Below are positions 61,279 to 64,000 of a stretch of 64,000 nt of DNA, piece after piece. Under the pieces are notes generated by a model. That model had not been told where the DNA came from, made no database searches, and saw nothing but the letters and a program-made list of their open reading frames with translations. Both the position numbers and the translations under genes were made by a program. Position 1 is the first letter of the stretch, and each line of letters begins with the position of its first letter. Source of the DNA: Lytechinus pictus (Eukaryota); the NCBI RefSeq assembly GCF_037042905.1, contig NC_087245.1, positions 9,550,001 through 9,614,000 on the forward strand. Direction: 5' to 3'.

Positions 61279-62591
61279 TATATATATATGCATAAAAACT
61301 ACCTAAAGGAGACAAGGAAAATTATTGTTATATGGGTAAGTAGATGCTCTAAAATGATATTAAGATATTTCTGACAGGTGAATTGTAGATATTGTCACTT
61401 TATTCGGTGATTTGAAAAGTCAATCATTATTTGGGTGATGTAGGATATATTTTATTATCATCTATATACAGTGTTTTGTCATAGTAATAGCTTAAAGGGG
61501 TATTCCAGGCTGAAAATAATATGATTTGAACAGATAAAGAAATACCAGACAATCCAAATACTGAAAAATTGATCAAAATCAGACAAGGAATAACAAAAGT
61601 TATAGCATTTTAAATATTTGCATTATTTCAATAGAACATTTCTATACATGTCTTCATGAACATTCATTGAGGAAACTGATGATGTTATCACATCTTGCTC
61701 TTTTAATTGTATTTTATTACATAAATTATGTTTATTAAAATTTTTTCTCCAAGAGCTAAAAAAAAATTGATCGAAAATTGAGTTGATGCATTAGATATTC
61801 ATTGCTTCAACTTATTTCAATTTAAGGGCAACATGTTATCCACAAATGTATGTAAAAATGAAGTAATTATGATTTCATGTAATAATATACAAAATGGGAA
61901 AGTGGGAATGTGACACCATCAACCCGCCTAATGAATATTCATGATGATGTGCATATAACTTTTCACAAAATATTGCTAAACTTGAAATTCAATATTCAAT
62001 AACTTTGTAATTTTTTTTCATATTTTGATGAAATTTTCAGCATTTATTTGCTTTTTTTATCTAGATATATATTTATTATCAGCCTGGAGTACCCCTTTTA
62101 AATCAAAGTTTGATTACATTTGTACAATATTGATGGCAGATGAATTCCTAATGACTTGCAAATCAATGTTCTGCTATTACATATGATTTTAAAAAATGAA
62201 TTACTTATCTCAGTTTTATTTTTCATTTTGAGAGCTGTACATGATTTTTTTTCAAATTTCCATTGTTGGACAAGATGAAACAGCAACAAATAAGTGGGAT
62301 TATAATAAAGCTGGTGTCATTTTCTTCCCAGTTATTTTGTCCTAATTCACACTTCATTTATGTTCCGAAATTTATAACATACTCAAATAATTCCAGTTTC
62401 TACAATAAAGAGGAATGTCTTTGAAACCTTTCTGTCTTTGCAGCTACGTGATCGCTTGAAGAGAGCTGGCAAGGGTCATTTGTTGGAGTTTGTGACCCTA
62501 CCTGGAACAGGTCATTTTTTGGAGGTCCCTTATCAACCTATCAACCTGGTTTCAAGTCTCTATGACCCAACTGTACTCCAAACTCCTAAAT
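49232..62591 (+). CDS. Acyl-CoA thioesterase / bile acid-CoA:amino acid N-acyltransferase (ACOT/BAAT) family protein; last exon(s) probably right of the window
   Basis: Phase-compatible exons 49232-49547, 49988-50275, 51367-51545, [52742-52950 or 53015-53223], 53529-53655, 58598-58678, 62444-62591. Motifs YKAD..GEV, PSLGGSYEGVEPMG, IIDIRG..RA..LASHGFAV, nucleophile SSCYGG, LLLFLHEDD (Asp), LPGTGHFLEVPY (His). Confidence 0.92.
49988..50275 (+). CDS. ACOT/BAAT-like coding exon 2
   Basis: TTAAAG acceptor, QKDPSLGGSYEGVEPMGPILSLEP...GVLFLP, GTAAGC donor, phase 1-1. Confidence 0.92.
51367..51545 (+). CDS. ACOT/BAAT-like coding exon 3
   Basis: CATAG acceptor, GSSDPLPFIIDIRGLLTNLVVDRAATLASHGFAVFAYDYF, GTGAGT donor, phase 1-0. 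Confidence 0.92.
52742..52950 (+). CDS. ACOT/BAAT-like exon 4a (nucleophile exon, alternative copy A)
   Basis: 209 bp, TTTCAG/GTAGGT, open frame DIVDFVKEHPRLDENRIGMTSSCYGGAIMLNVATRLDLPIKCMVGAGFVDLLCVNVGLKNLDGSLLHPF. Confidence 0.88.
53015..53223 (+). CDS. ACOT/BAAT-like exon 4b (nucleophile exon, alternative copy B)
   Basis: 209 bp, TTTCAG/GTAGGT, open frame DIVDFVKEHPRLDENRIGMTSSCYGGAMMLNAVTRFDLPVKCMVAAGFLDFLCVNVGLKNLDGSLLHPV. Confidence 0.88.
53529..53655 (+). CDS. ACOT/BAAT-like coding exon 5
   Basis: TTGCAG acceptor, phase 2 start matches exon 4, open frame DPSEYINTWTDEHGRSW...PDATFCL, GTAATT donor phase 0. Confidence 0.8.
53805..54988 (+). mobile_element. Helentron-associated (HINE/DINE-1-like) non-autonomous element
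   Basis: Starts TTTTTATACGCCCGTC, GTCY microsatellite, tandem about 150-bp central units, 3' subterminal inverted GGCGGGCGTTAT. Confidence 0.72.
53913..54497. mobile_element. Kolobok/T2-like palindromic MITE
   Basis: TTAA TSD; TIRs AGGGAAATGAAACCTTTGGAACA; long inverted arms. Confidence 0.85.
55740..58253. mobile_element. hAT-like non-autonomous element
   Basis: TIRs TAGGCCCGTTT / AAACGGGACTA; perfect 8-bp TSD ATATGGAC; subterminal CGTGTACACG palindromes at both ends. Confidence 0.85.
58598..58678 (+). CDS. ACOT/BAAT-like coding exon 6 (EENVNCPLLLFLHEDDQHIPSQAATKH; catalytic Asp)
   Basis: Polypyrimidine tract plus CAACAG, 81 bp, GTAAGA donor; aligns with the family LFLVGxDD motif. Confidence 0.88.
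58843..59243. mobile_element. Harbinger/PIF-like MITE nested in hAT
   Basis: TIRs AGCTAGGGTTACACCAAA / TTTGGTGTAACCCTGGCT; TAA/TTA flanks. Confidence 0.7.
59369..59778. mobile_element. Fully palindromic MITE nested in hAT
   Basis: GGCCCAAATTCACAAAGGTGG ... CCACCTTTGTGAATTCGGCC with about 200-bp arms; TTT flanks. Confidence 0.8.
60312..60913. mobile_element. Kolobok/T2-like MITE
   Basis: TTAA TSD; AGGTCAAGTCCACCCC / GGGGTGGACTTGTCCT. Confidence 0.85.
61011..61243. mobile_element. Hairpin MITE with TGT...ACA ends and ATAT TSD (Ginger-like)
   Basis: About 110-bp near-perfect arms; ATAT on both sides. Confidence 0.75.
61496..62096. mobile_element. Kolobok/T2-like MITE
   Basis: TTAA-flanked AGGGGTATTCCAGGCTG / CAGCCTGGAGTACCCCT. 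Confidence 0.8.
62444..62591 (+). CDS. ACOT/BAAT-like coding exon 7 (catalytic His, LPGTGHFLEVPYQP)
   Basis: TTTGCAG acceptor, GTAAGT donor; matches family YPGxGHxIEPPY motif. Confidence 0.92.
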
Positions 62592-63052
62592 GTAAGTATA
62601 TGATTTCTTTCATTTTTCTGTGGCATGGACCTGGCCACTGAGGATTGTGTATTGTCACTGGGGTTGCTGTGACAATACTCAACACCCCCAGTAACAATAG
62701 AATAATCCTCCATGGACAGAGCCCTGCTCTGTTGGTGAGATTTGTTTGCTCGAAGGAAAGGAGGCAAATAAAATGTAATGAGAAAAATCTTTAAATCCCT
62801 CTGATGTTAACACAAATTCAAGTTTTATTTTTTCATTAGTTCTCAAGACAAATAGCAATAAATAGCATTTGTGTGAAATCGGAAATGTTTGCTGCGTGGG
62901 CAATGTCATAGGCTTCATTGATTTGTTCAATACTGGCACATCCTCTTGCATTGGAAATGACATCAAATTTTCCTTATTTTTTTTCTTATCATATTTTATG
63001 CATAGTTGCTAGCATTCAGTGTTAAAAGCTACTGCAAAAGAATATCGTTTAA

Positions 63053-63384
63053 CCCTAAAAGGACTGGGGGGGGGGGGCCCGATTACAATAAATCCGCCGC
63101 ACGGAATTTTTCAACCGTGCCGCTCGCTTACTTTTTACTTTCAAATCTCGCACAACTTTTGAGACAGAATTTGCAATGCCCGGTTACGGGGTTACGAAAT
63201 TCTGCAACATTATGTAATTGCATGTCAGACTCAAAACTGCTCAAAAACGTTAATTTATGTACAAATCCAATGCAAATTGTGTATTTAGCCAAAATTCAAA
63301 AACGTATCATTATTTCTACTTCTACTGATTAAACTTAAACCCCCCGGCTGTTAGATTGGTCCAAATAACCCGGCTCTTTTAGGG
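63053..63384. mobile_element. piggyBac-like MITE
   Basis: TTAA-CCCTAAAAG ... CTTTTAGGG-TTAA. Confidence 0.75.
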
Positions 63385-64000
63385 TTAAAATGTACCGCAC
63401 ATATGCCTTGTTGTTTCTTCAGGGGGGTATAGCATAAAGTCGAGCTGTGACTTTGGACGACTAGTTATAAATATCTTGACGCAGATAAATCATGAGCCAG
63501 TTACTAGACGAGTTGCTGTTTGACCAACCAACTGTTCAATCTGAATTTAATAAAGAAATCAAACATAAACGTACCAATACCCAATGAATGTAAACATCAC
63601 CGATGTCAGTATTACATGAAACAAATTTCTTGCAAGATGTAATTAAATGTATAAATCCTTATCTTTGATCTGTTTTTTAAGCTCATTTTAATTATCAAGG
63701 AATCTGCATAAATTTTCTGAACTGTTCATAAAAACAGCAATCAACAAAACAAATTATTGTAGGGCTCTAATTCTCCCACACACAATCAATGTCACTATTT
63801 ACATCTAACTAATTACATGTATATAGAGAAAGATAGCATGAAGTTTTCAACAATTATTGTTTAGCCTATCAATAAAAAATCATAGATCTACATCAGCTTT
63901 ATCTTTCATTTAGTGTACCAAACACTCCCTTCAGCACTTTCAGTGTAAATATAGTAATTAAAACACCTTTGCATTAAACACAGAACTAATTCTTAACCTA

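Noticed and set aside
63423..63540. Possible final ACOT exon after TTCTTCAG (would read WGYSIK...)
   Set aside because: Phase fits but the conserved WGG..HA.AQ..W pattern is absent; the sequence looks like a repeat end.

Overview
AT-rich, repeat-dense metazoan genomic DNA. The repeat types and gene structure suggest an invertebrate deuterostome such as a sea urchin (inference). Two spliced host genes are present in divergent orientation, and the ORF track captures only fragments of them. (1) On the minus strand is an SLC5 sodium/solute symporter most like the Na+/myo-inositol cotransporter SMIT1/SLC5A3: 11 coding exons from 16111 down to 2484, continuing off the left edge. (2) On the plus strand is an acyl-CoA thioesterase/BAAT-family alpha/beta-hydrolase (49232 to beyond 62591). 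It has a Cys nucleophile, a probable mitochondrial presequence, and a tandemly duplicated, apparently mutually exclusive 209-bp exon carrying the catalytic nucleophile. The two long ORFs are young 5'-truncated LINEs (CR1-group and L1/Tx1-group). The rest is a deeply nested transposon landscape: a non-autonomous LTR element with CG...CG ends and a 3-bp TSD (Troyka-like), hAT/Charlie, P-like, Harbinger-like, Kolobok-like, piggyBac-like, Tc1-like and Helentron-like non-autonomous elements, several SINEs (one with a 7SL-like head), tiny palindromic P-like footprints and large inverted duplications. Superfamily names rest on termini and TSD length only; no database search was run.
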